Of a DNA stretch of 39,521 bases, positions 1 through 10,686 are shown in pieces. Location: the NCBI GenBank assembly GCA_900128395.1, contig LT649312.1, positions 1 to 39,521 of the forward strand. The letters run 5' to 3'. The stretch is from Stramenopiles sp. TOSAG23-2. Lineage: Eukaryota. The notes beneath the pieces were generated by a model. It worked only from the letters and a program-made list of their open reading frames with translations. It was not told the DNA's origin and did no database searches. The position numbers were made by a program, and so were the translations under genes. Positions within the stretch are counted from its first letter, which is position 1. Every line of letters starts with the position of its first letter.

Positions 1-2322
1 CGTAATAATGGTAAAAATAATAATAATATGACATTGAAAGGATACGTGAATCAAGTCGGTAAAGATAGTTATGGTGAGACATATAGTACACCTTTAGAAA
101 TAGCAACAGACCAAGCCATTATTGATTATCTATTCTCCATTCTATTAGATGGAGAAGTAATAGATGGAGATAGTTATTATAGTTATTATAGTTTGTATAA
201 GGAAGCATTTCCACGCGGTACACCATTAGCATGTGCATGTGAAAAAGGACGTTTGGATGATGTGAAATTATTGATTACAAGCCATGATGTGAATGGTAGT
301 AAAATGACATTGAAAGAATACATAAATCAAAAAGGTAAAAGTAGCAATGGCGAAGAATGTACACCTTTAATAATAGCTGCACAGACAGTAGCAAAGTATT
401 TCATCGAGATCATATATCCAGATGCATCTAAATTAGAAAAGAAGTATTATGCAGAATTTCGACAAGGTACACCATTAGTATGTGCATGTCAAGAAGGACG
501 TTTACAGGATGTGAAATTATTGATTACAGGCCATCGGGTGAATCAAGAAGGTAAAAATAGTTCTGGTATAAGATGTACACCTTTACAGATAGCAACAGAC
601 CAAGCCATTATTGATTATCTATTCTCCATTCATTTAGATGGAGTAACACTTAATACAAATACATTGACTGGTGTATATAAAAACGAATTTCCGCGTGGTA
701 CGCCATTAGTATGTGCATGTGAAAAAGGACGTTTTGAGGATGTGAAATTATTGATTATAGGCCATGATGTGAATGGTAGTAATGGTAATAATAATAATAA
801 TATGACATTGAAAGAATACGTGAATCAAGTCGGTAAAACTAGTCGTGGTAATGATTATACACCTTTACTGATAGCTGCAGAGAACAAACATTTCCAAATA
901 GTTAAATATTTAGTTGAGATCATTTATCCTCATGCATCTAAAGTAGAAAAGAAATATTATGCAGAATCTCCAAAAGGTACGCCAATAGTATGTGCATGTG
1001 AAAAAGGACGTTTTGAGGATGTGAAATTATTGATTACAGGCCATGATGTGAATGGTAGTAATGGTAATAATAATATGACATTGAAAGAATACGTGAAGAA
1101 AGTCGGTCAATGTAGTGATGGTTATGACTATACACCTTTAAAAATAGCTGCAGAGAATAAACATCAAGACATATTAGACTATTTGGTAGATGCTGCATAT
1201 GCTGATGAAACTGAGATAGTAAGGAAATATAAAAAAGAATTTCCAGACGGTATGCCATTGGTATGTGCATGTGAAAAAGGACGTTTGGAAGATGTGAAAT
1301 TATTGATTACAGGCCATGATGTAAGAACAAGTGGTATGACATTGAAAGAAATGATAAATCAACCAGGTACAACTGGTGAAGGTGTTCGTACACCTTTAAG
1401 AGCAGCTGCAGAGAACAACCACCTAGAAATTATTGAATATATTGTAGATAGTGTATATGCTGATGAAACTGAGTTATTTCGAAAGTATAAGAAAGAATTT
1501 CAAGGTAATGTATTAGTATGTTTATGTGAGAAAGGACGTTTGGATGATGTGAAATTATTGATTGAAGACCATGATATGAATGGTAGTACAGATATTGGTA
1601 ATAGTATGACATTGAAAGAATATGCAAATCAAGTTGGTATAACTAGTAGAGATTGTTCTGAGCAAACACTAACACCTTTAGAAGCAGCTGCAAAAAACAA
1701 ACATTTTCACATAGTAGATTATTTAGTTGATATTATATATGAAATAAGAGATTTAAATTTGTTGGTCAAAAAATATATGAAAGAATTTCCAGAAGGTACG
1801 CCATTAGTATGTGCATGTGAAGAAGGACGTTTTGATGATGTGAAATTATTGATAACATGCTATGATGTGAATGGTAGTGATGGTAACAATATGGCATTGA
1901 AAGAAATGGTGAATCAAAAAGGTAAAAACAGTTGGGGTGGTGAATGTAAACCTTTGAGAATAGCTGCAGAGAAAGAACATTTTAAAATAACAAAGTATTT
2001 AGTCGAGATTGTTTACCCAGATGCAACTAAATTAGAAAAGAATTATTATATATATTATGGTGGCACGCCTTTGGTATGTGCATGTGAAAAAGGACGTTTG
2101 GATGATGTGAAATTATTGATTGAAGACCATGAGGAGAATGGTAGTAATGGTAATAATAATAATATGACATTGAAAGAATACGTGAATCAAGTCGGTATAG
2201 ATAGTGAAGGTGATGAACATACACCTTTAAGTGCAGCTGCAAATAATGAACATTTCCAAATAGTTAAATATTTGATTGAACAATGTGAAGCTGATCCTAA
2301 TATACGTGAATCAAGTCGGTAA
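1..2322 (+). CDS. 5' part of giant ANK-kinase-WWE-PARP/Nudix gene: tandem array of paired ankyrin-repeat units (5'-truncated by window edge)
   Basis: Frame is open from base 1. It has 8 near-constant repeats (TPLVCACEKGRL/FEDVKLLI) alternating with variable repeats (VNQVG-x-TPLxxAA). A 124-bp imperfect duplication (2178-2301 / 2302-2427) shifts the frame into the next ORF. Confidence 0.85.
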   Translation, partial: RNNGKNNNNMTLKGYVNQVGKDSYGETYSTPLEIATDQAIIDYLFSILLDGEVIDGDSYYSYYSLYKEAFPRGTPLACACEKGRLDDVKLLITSHDVNGSKMTLKEYINQKGKSSNGEECTPLIIAAQTVAKYFIEIIYPDASKLEKKYYAEFRQGTPLVCACQEGRLQDVKLLITGHRVNQEGKNSSGIRCTPLQIATDQAIIDYLFSIHLDGVTLNTNTLTGVYKNEFPRGTPLVCACEKGRFEDVKLLIIGHDVNGSNGNNNNNMTLKEYVNQVGKTSRGNDYTPLLIAAENKHFQIVKYLVEIIYPHASKVEKKYYAESPKGTPIVCACEKGRFEDVKLLITGHDVNGSNGNNNMTLKEYVKKVGQCSDGYDYTPLKIAAENKHQDILDYLVDAAYADETEIVRKYKKEFPDGMPLVCACEKGRLEDVKLLITGHDVRTSGMTLKEMINQPGTTGEGVRTPLRAAAENNHLEIIEYIVDSVYADETELFRKYKKEFQGNVLVCLCEKGRLDDVKLLIEDHDMNGSTDIGNSMTLKEYANQVGITSRDCSEQTLTPLEAAAKNKHFHIVDYLVDIIYEIRDLNLLVKKYMKEFPEGTPLVCACEEGRFDDVKLLITCYDVNGSDGNNMALKEMVNQKGKNSWGGECKPLRIAAEKEHFKITKYLVEIVYPDATKLEKNYYIYYGGTPLVCACEKGRLDDVKLLIEDHEENGSNGNNNNMTLKEYVNQVGIDSEGDEHTPLSAAANNEHFQIVKYLIEQCEADPNIRESSR

Positions 2323-5137
2323 AACTAGTGATGGTTGGCCATGTACACCTTTAACGATAGCTGCATGGTTCGAACATTTCCAAATAGTTAAATATTTGAT
2401 TGAACAATGTGAAGCTGATCCTAATATTGCAGATAGTGATGGATGGAATGCATTACATCATGCAGCAGGTCATAACAAAACAAATACTGATGTGATTAAA
2501 CTATTATTAATTCATATGACTTTTGTTAGTATTGTGAGTGAAACCCGAGACGGGGGATCATACAGTCCCACATACTGTTGTTTTGAATATAATTTCAGCC
2601 CAATTCGAGAAGCAATTATTGCACTTATAGATAATTGTGAAATCAACGGATATATTGATAATGATATTCACCCTGAACGATATGTATATATAGCCTGTTC
2701 AAAAAATCCAAAAGAATATATCAGTTTATACAATGGTTTACCAAATGATCATCAAAAATTAATCAAGAAAAATCTTCACTCTCTTATACCATCCGTAAAT
2801 TGTTATGCTAATTTATTGCAACAAACATTAAAGGATAATGTTGATGTTAAATTTCACATTTCACCATCACAAATAAACATAGAAGTTAGGAAAATGGAAA
2901 TACAATATGAAAAAGTTGTTGAATTGCAAAAGCAATATTATGAGCTAAATAGCAATATTAATATTGATAACTGTAATGATAATGCTTCAATTATTGAACG
3001 AAACAAGGCTAGAGAAAAATATCACAAACATGCCAATGCATACATAAATATTATGAACAATAATTCATTTGCTGAAGCATATATTAATTATCTTAGCCAG
3101 GCATATAGAACACTTACAATTGTTAATGATATTATGAAAACAAACTTTTATTTTTTTGGACCAAATACATTATCAGATAAACACAAAGAGAAACTCAAAA
3201 AATGTATCATAGAAGCAGGTCTAGATGATAACGACGACGGCAACGACATCGATGATGATGAAAGCGCTTTACCAATGAAAATTAAAATGGAAATGTTGGA
3301 TGCAATAAAAAAAGACAATATTGACAATTTTCAAAACTTAATAACTGAATATTCAACCCGTTTATCCAATGATTATGTAATTAATGAATTGAAAGAAGAA
3401 GCAAAAGCGGCCAATAACACACCTGCTATAGAGTTAATCCAGGAATGGTGTAATGAATTTATGGATGTAAATGCAGATATGGCATCAAGTGACAATAATA
3501 ATGATCAAGAAGCCAGTATTGAAAATATTACGTTAGATATTAGTACCGACAAGGATGGAGCAGACAATGTAGGTAGCGCCACAAACATATTAGACTATAA
3601 TTGTTTACACGAGAGATTTCACCATTTTCAAAGCAATTTTACTAGTTTATTTGCAAAAATTAGCAAAGACTCAACCAACGACATAACAGTAGAATTCATG
3701 GGAAATTTGTTAATGAAAGTGAACAAATTAATTATATATGCAACGGTATTCATGGATGAGATAAAATCATCTATCGATATAATAAAAGTATTATTAGATG
3801 AATTTGATGTATGCAAATTGAAGTATGAACAATGGAAGGAAATAGTAACGAAATTTGCTATTGTAGATGACAACAGCAATGCAACCTTCAATTGGGAATA
3901 CGTATATGAGTTTAATTGGGACCAAGTATATCAGGAGTTTAAAGAAAAAAAAAAACAATTTAAGAAATTATTGAAAATGTTAAAACATGCAAAACTAAAT
4001 ATGGATGACCGTGACGAAGATGATGACGAGCAAGAATTAGAAAATAATTTAAACAAAGCCAGGGACGACGTGAAGAAAGCATCAGACGAATTAAACAAAC
4101 AATCATTGGAACTTTTAAAAATTGGACGAGAACATTTTAGGGAAATAATACTACAATTTGGCAAGAAGATAGCCCTTGGAGGATTTAATGATGTAGGAAC
4201 TGTTTGGAAAGCAATTTATCATAAAGATTTGTTTGAGAAAGATGCAGCCCCGAAGAATCATCTCCAATCATTAAATGTGGTAGAGTTTGTTAAATTCAAA
4301 AATAAAAGTTATGTGCTAAAAAAATATAATTTGATAGATGACAAAACACGAAGAGGGTTTCGTCGAGAAATAAGAACTCTGTTGAGATTAAATCATCCAA
4401 ATGTTGTGTCTGTAAATGCAGCATTTCAACAAGTTGAAAAAGAAAAATTTTCAGGTGGGACACTCGAAAAATATTCTGGTTTCATACTCATGCCACGTTA
4501 TCAGAATGGTGATCTATTGCAATGGTTAGATGATAAACGGCCGAGTGTTTATCAAGTACGTGTTGTGCTTCAAGACGCACTTCGTGGTATTGCCGCGTTG
4601 CATAAGGAAAATATCATACATTGCGATATAAAACCAAAAAATATATTTGTTGATGCAAATGAGAATGGTTACATTGGTGATTTTGATGTAAGTCTAGATA
4701 AAAAAAGTAGAACAATGGCATCAAAATTGCGAAGTACGTCCATGGCAACAGGATTTAAAGGTGGTACCTGGGAATACATGGCACCAGAAATAAAGCAAGA
4801 AACAAACGCTTCTAATGCAACCTATTTTTCCGATATGTATTCTTTTGGAAAGTCTCTAAAAGAAACGTTACAAATTGCAAGTAAGATGGAAGTAAACGAG
4901 AAGAAATCGGACATGGATTCACAAAATCCTCAGACAACAACAAATGATAATGAAGAAGATCAAAGTCAAAAAAATATTTTAAAATTTGTAAAAGCACAGC
5001 GAGAAAAATTGGACGAAGCAAGAAATGATTTAATACTCAAATTGATGGATAAAGAGCCGGAAAAGCGAGGGAATGCAAATGATGCGTTAAATCATCCATA
5101 TTTTGGAAAAGCTGTAGCCGAACATCAAAACAAACAG
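2276..5137 (+). CDS. Middle part of giant gene: final ankyrin repeats, helical/coiled-coil region and Ser/Thr-type protein kinase domain (about 4270-5105)
   Basis: ANK motifs TPLTIAA and GWNALHHAA. Kinase motifs VLKKY, RRE helix C, HCDIKPKN, GDFD (DFG variant), GTWEYMAPE, SDMYSFG, HPYF. Ends at splice donor 5138. Confidence 0.85.
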
Positions 5138-5209
5138 GTATGTAATATTTATATATAAACCAATTTTATTAATACTAACATGTTTATTTTTGCATAATCA
5201 TATATACAG
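5138..5209 (+). other. 72-nt spliceosomal intron, phase 0, joining the kinase ORF to the PARP ORF
   Basis: CAG|GTATGT donor at 5138, TACTAAC branch point at 5173-5179, CAG| acceptor at 5209. Splicing is in frame (HQNKQ|DKELEKS) and removes the stop at 5156-5158. Confidence 0.9.
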
Positions 5210-7473
5210 GATAAGGAATTGGAAAAGAGTATAACGCACATTTTAAGCCTTCGCCAAGCCGAAGCAGATCGTTTAAGTGAATTTGTGCAATGGGGATATA
5301 CAAACCAAAATACTAAGTTTATTAAGTTGAACCATCAACATAATTACATTGTTGAAGAATCGTATCGGAAATGGAGAAGGTCGGGTAATGTTGCTACGGT
5401 TGATCTGGATGAAAATTCAATTGATAAAACATTTTATAATTATAAAACTAGAGACATTGATACTATGAATCACCGACGTTTGTATTCTATTTTTTTTGAG
5501 AAACATAAGCAGGCTTCAAACAATGGCGCAAACTTTTCTTGTAGTGGACATTGTTTTGAAAACAACAATAGTTTGATTCAAACGTTTGTGAGAAAAGATA
5601 CTGTTGCTGAATTACGATTTAGTTTAAAAGAAAAGGAAGAAGAAATTGCTGCACTCAAGGCAAAAATAGGTAGACTAGAGGCAGAGCTTGCAAAGACTAA
5701 ATCGTTATTAAAAAATACGCAAAAGGAATTGAAGGACAAAGATCGTCTTTTGAAAAAAACGCAAAGGGAATTGAAGGACTGTTACAATGAACTTCAAAAA
5801 AAAGAAGAAAAACTGAATTTACAAAAGAAACTCTATAAGAACAAAGATCGTCTTCTAAAAAAAGCACGTTCGCAAATGCGAGGGGATAGAAGGAAATTAC
5901 GCCCATTTGCTATGCCACCATATTGGAGGACGCATTTATTAGGTGAAACAAAGCCAAAACATTACAATACTGAATTTATGAAGAAAAAAATGGAAGAGTT
6001 GATACGAAAAACAAGTGTATTTAAAACAACAGATAAAGCTAAAGTGATAAAAGTTGAACGAGTGGAATATCCAGCATTATGGGCTAGTTACTGTGGCATG
6101 GCCGAGCAAACGCGTAAACGTCATGCAAAGGTATTGAAAAAAAATGAACATAGTTTGAAAATGAAGATGGGACAGAAACCTATAACATATAGACTTCCAA
6201 AAGATCGAGGAGGTAGAAGGGCTCCCTTATATACTATAACAACAACTAATATACGTAGTAATTATGATCGATCAAAAGTCTCTAAGACTTATAAAGGTGC
6301 TGGTATTCTCCCATATGCAATCGATAAAAATGGCACAATAAAAGTTCTATTAGGTCGAATAAATTATGGGATTATGGAACCATATGCCGACTTTGGTGGC
6401 CTGCGTGATCCTGGTGAAGATAGTACAAAATTTACTGCATCACGTGAGTTTACAGAAGAAACACAAGAGTTATTTAAGCACAATCAAGCAGAGACAATAG
6501 CTATGTTAGAGAACGAGAATACGAACAATGTTGTGAGGATACATAATGAATCTGCCCATTATGTTATGTATATGCTAAAGGTCGACTTTAATAAGTATCC
6601 TAAACATTATAAACAAGCACTGGAAACACCATCAAAATTGAAACATAAAATAGAATTATCAGAAATGAAATGGATTCCGTTAAAAGATATCATTAAAGCA
6701 GTCAAACAAGCCAAAAATAAAGGGCACTGTTACGATGTTGCCGTGAACAATGATAAGGAAATTATTTTAAGGAAAGAATTAGTTGACACATTGATTATTG
6801 CATATGACGGAGGTATTTTGGATAAAATAGTGAAAAAATCTTACTCTAGTATATCCAGGAAAAAAATATCTGCATCTATACAATATCCATTGTTTCAACT
6901 TGATACGCGTATTAATGAATTTTATTTATGGCATGGAACGAGTGCAGAGTCTGCTAAAATTTTGACCAGCACAGGCCTGCCAACAGAACACCTTGCTGGT
7001 TCAAACTCTGGTGCATTATATGGCAATGGAATGTATTTTGCTGAAAATTCTTCAAAATCCGATCAATATACACAGCCAGGTCGTCAAGGTCGTCGCGTTT
7101 TATTACTATGCCGTGTGGCACTGGGGAAAATATTTTACACGCCAAAAGCGTTGATAGGATTAAAACATCCTGGCCCTGGATGCAGTAACAAGTTTAAAAA
7201 CTTAAAGTCGACGCAAGGTGCTAAAAAGTTAGGTAGTGCTCTATTTGACTCCATTGTAGCAGATGGAAAAACGAATCGTTTTGGTGCAAAACAGATACAC
7301 CGAGAATTTGTAATATTTGATGCACAAAGATGTTATCCTGAATTCATAGTTTTGACTCCATTGTAGCAGATGGAAAAACGAATCGTTTTGGTGCAAAACA
7401 GATACACCGAGAATTTGTAATATTTGATGCACAAAGATGTTATCCTGAATTCATAGTATGGTACAAACACTAA
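5210..7473 (+). CDS. 3' exon: WWE-like domain, coiled coil, tankyrase-like PARP catalytic domain with inserted Nudix hydrolase
   Basis: WWE-like QWGY..IVEESY..YSIFFEKHKQ (about 5280-5530). PARP motifs PPYW, KVERVEYPALWASY, NEFYLWHGT, GMYFAENSSKSDQY, LLLCRVALG, HREFVIFD, YPEFIV. Nudix box GGLRDPGEDSTKFTASREFTEET at 6395-6463. As assembled it stops at 7366; collapsing the 107-bp duplication gives YPEFIVWYKH* ending at 7473. Confidence 0.85.
7244..7457. repeat. Exact 107-bp tandem duplication (7244-7350 / 7351-7457)
   Basis: Two identical copies read directly; it disrupts the PARP C-terminus. Confidence 0.95.
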
Positions 7474-7499
7474 ACACACTAAACACTAAACATGCATAG

Positions 7500-7943
7500 G
7501 TGTATTATTTATGGCATGGAACGAAGGCAGTGTTTGCTAAGATTTTGACAAGTACAGGTCTGCCAACAGAATACCTGGCTAGTTTAGGTTCACTATATGG
7601 CTTGGGAATGTATTTTGCTGAAAATGCTTCGAAATCGGATGAGTATGCAATATCTAAACAACCTGGACCAGGTCATGGAGTACTCTTGTTATGCCGTGTC
7701 GCATTAGGCAAAATATTTTACACGCCCGCAGGATTAAAAGGTTTAAAACATCCTGGCCCTGGATGTGGCTCTATGTTTGAAAAATTGGAGTCAACACAAG
7801 GTGGCAAAAAATTAGGCAGTGTTCTTTTTGACTCAATTGTAGCAGACAGAAAAAGTAGGGGCAGGTCACAGCATCATTGAGAGTTTGTTATATTTGATGC
7901 ACAAAGGTGTTATCCTGAATTCATTGTGACGTACAAACGCTAA
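7500..7943 (+). pseudogene. Second PARP catalytic core copy with in-frame TGA just before the catalytic Glu
   Basis: YYLWHGT..GMYFAENASKSDEY..LLLCRVALG..QHH*EFVIFDAQRCYPEFIVTYKR*. TGA 7878-7880 aligns with CGA (Arg) 7301-7303 of the first copy. No ATG or N-terminal PARP part. Confidence 0.8.
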
Positions 7944-8142
7944 AGACACGTTTTTTAGAATATCGTTATTTTTAGAATATCGTTAATCATATAACGCTTC
8001 GTATGTTCTATTCAATATCTAACTGTCTTACACTGGACATTATTTGCAATGTCTGGTTGTCTGCTTATTTATTATCGGAGGAGATGATGGTAATGTTGGT
8101 AGTGGCAATAATTCCGAGAATGTACGAGTAGAATATTATTGT

Positions 8143-8352
8143 TGAAATATATATGTTTGATCCAAGTCGATTTTATTTGTTTTGAAAAGCATACATGTGT
8201 GGGGAGTTTATGAATTCGGAATTCGGTGTGGAGAAGAATCTAAAATCTGAAATATATATGTTTGATCCAAGTCGATTTTATTTGTTTTGAAAAGCATACA
8301 TGTGTGGGGAGTTTATGAATTCGGAATTCGGTGTGGAGAAGAATCTAAAATC
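8143..8352. repeat. Exact 105-bp tandem duplication (8143-8247 / 8248-8352)
   Basis: Two identical non-coding copies. Confidence 0.95.
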
Positions 8353-8611
8353 TAAAATCTAGTACGTATACGTATATGTGGTTAAAATCTAAAAGTTATG
8401 AGTGAGTTACTGAACCTGGTGGACAGGCGTATGACGGTGCTAAATTGACCTAGTAAAAAAGTAGTGTAAGAAAAAATTAAGTATAAACCATCCCCGAAAT
8501 CTTCACGTTTGAAAGTTAGCGAATATAGTATTATGCTGAGCACATGAGCACATGAGCAATGAGCACATGCGCTCACTGATTCTATAGCGATTAGTATACT
8601 ACAGCTCTTAT

Positions 8612-9748
8612 TCAAAATATAAAACTATTAATAAGTATAATAATCATATTTGTATCAAATTATATATCGGATATTTATTATAATAATTTTAAAGTGATAA
8701 AATACTGGAATTTTGGGCATGAAATCAATTTGATGAAAAATGAAAATCCGAGAATCATGATTTCATACCCAAAATTCCAGTATTTTATCACTTTAAAATT
8801 ATTATAATAAATATCCGATATACAATTTGATACAAATATATGATTATATAGTTATTAATACTATTATATTTTGACTATATAATTCCATAATTAAAAAACC
8901 AAGGTATACGACATAACAATACTGGAATTTTGGGCATGAAATCATGATTCTCGGATTTTCATTTTTCATCAAATTGATTTCATGCCCAAAATTCCAGTAT
9001 TTTATCACTTTAAAATTATTATAATAAATATCCGATATACAATTTGATACAAATATATGATTATTATAGTTATTAATACTATTATATTTTGACTATATAA
9101 TTCCATAATTAAAAAACCAAGGTATAGAAATAATGCATTTACTTACGGAAAATATTTTCACCTGAAATCTTGTTTTTAGTGCTATGTAGTGCTAAAGCCC
9201 TGGGCTGGCCCAGTCTGTGCATTAATTACTTACGGAAAATTTAGCACTACATAGCATTAAAAACAAGATTTCAGGTGAAAATATTTATCGTAAGTAAATG
9301 CATTATTTCTATACCTTGGTTTTTTAATTATGGAATTATATAGTCAAAATATAATAGTATTAATAACTATAATAATCATATATTTGTATCAAATTGTATA
9401 TCGGATATTTATTATAATAATTTTAAAGTGATAAAATACTGGAATTTTGGGCATGAAATCAATTTGATGAAAAATGAAAATCCGAGAATCATGATTTCAT
9501 ACCCAAAATTCCAGTATTTTATCACTTTAAAATTATTATAATAAATATCCGATACATAATTTGATACAAATATATTATTATTATAGTTATTAATAATATT
9601 ATATTTTGACTATATAATTCCATAATTAAAAAACCAAGGTATAGAAATAATGCATTTACTTACGGAAAATATTTTCACCTGAAATCTTGTTTTTAGTGCT
9701 ATGTAGTGCTAAATTTTCCGTAAGTAATTAATGGACAGACTGGGCTAG
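8612..9748. repeat. Nested inverted-repeat (foldback/MITE-like) complex: one 544-bp palindrome and two partial copies
   Basis: 9205-9748 is a near-perfect palindrome centred on a 32-bp spacer (9461-9492). 8918-9196 is the reverse complement of about 9240-9520. About 8612-8908 is a further partial hairpin around the same spacer (8727-8758). Confidence 0.9.
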
Positions 9749-10686
9749 TGTAGCTAGCTGGGCTAGCTAGCCACGATTGATTTTTAATTTTTTGTCGCGT
9801 TTTTTAGAAAATTATTATTCTAATTATATGCACATCAAAAAACCTTTTTAGATGAGTTCTGGGAGTTACAAAATCCCATTCTTGCTGATTTCAAACCATG
9901 AAATAAATATCCGATTATTTAAAATAAATTACAAGAAACAATTAAAAAGATTGTAAGATAATCCAAAATAATTACATGAAGGGAGGAGTAATTGATTAAA
10001 TATAATTGATTATTATTGATATATATATTTTGGATATCATAATATTTCATATTTCTCATACGTGTAAAACGATCCTTCCAGTAGTAGTGTATAAGTTGAA
10101 ATAAAAATGATTATTAAAATTCCAAATAGCATTTTTAGCATTGCACAGCACAGGAAATCACCACCACCACCATCATCAAACAGCAATCTGGCAATCCAGC
10201 AATCACGATCCCAATAATAAAACTTAAAAAAAAATGTATTATTTTTTATATTATTTTATTGCATGCTGGATTGCAGTTGCTATTTGCTATAATATTAATA
10301 TTAAAATATCTATGAGGATGAGGGATCTTCTCGTGTGTGCACATAATAGTTTGCACTGGTTTTCATGACATATTAAGCCAGGTCTTAGACTTTTCAAGGA
10401 AAATAAAAATATACGTATATTCTCTTTGAATATTATTTATTTCTTTGTTTTATTAAAACGATAGTAAATTCTTTTTGTATACATATAATCGAAATAATTA
10501 TTTATATAAAAGAAATATTTAATATTTAGTATTAATAAATTTATATTTTGTTTATATCTATAATCGTTGGCTATTATAGGGTATACTTATAAGAAAACGA
10601 ATTTGTATCAATAAAGATATAATAGTATAATAAACGTTGCTATTTTTAAACTATCTAAAATATCTTTTTTTTTTACATTTGCGAAT

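Noticed and set aside
1-7473. Naming the giant gene as tankyrase (TNKS)
   Set aside because: The catalytic motifs are tankyrase-like but no SAM domain is seen and the ankyrin type, kinase, WWE-like and Nudix parts differ; orthology cannot be shown by eye.
7878-7880. TGA as evidence of a recoded genetic code or selenocysteine
   Set aside because: It aligns with an Arg CGA in the paralog, so a single C>T transition explains it; long ORFs use TGG for Trp.
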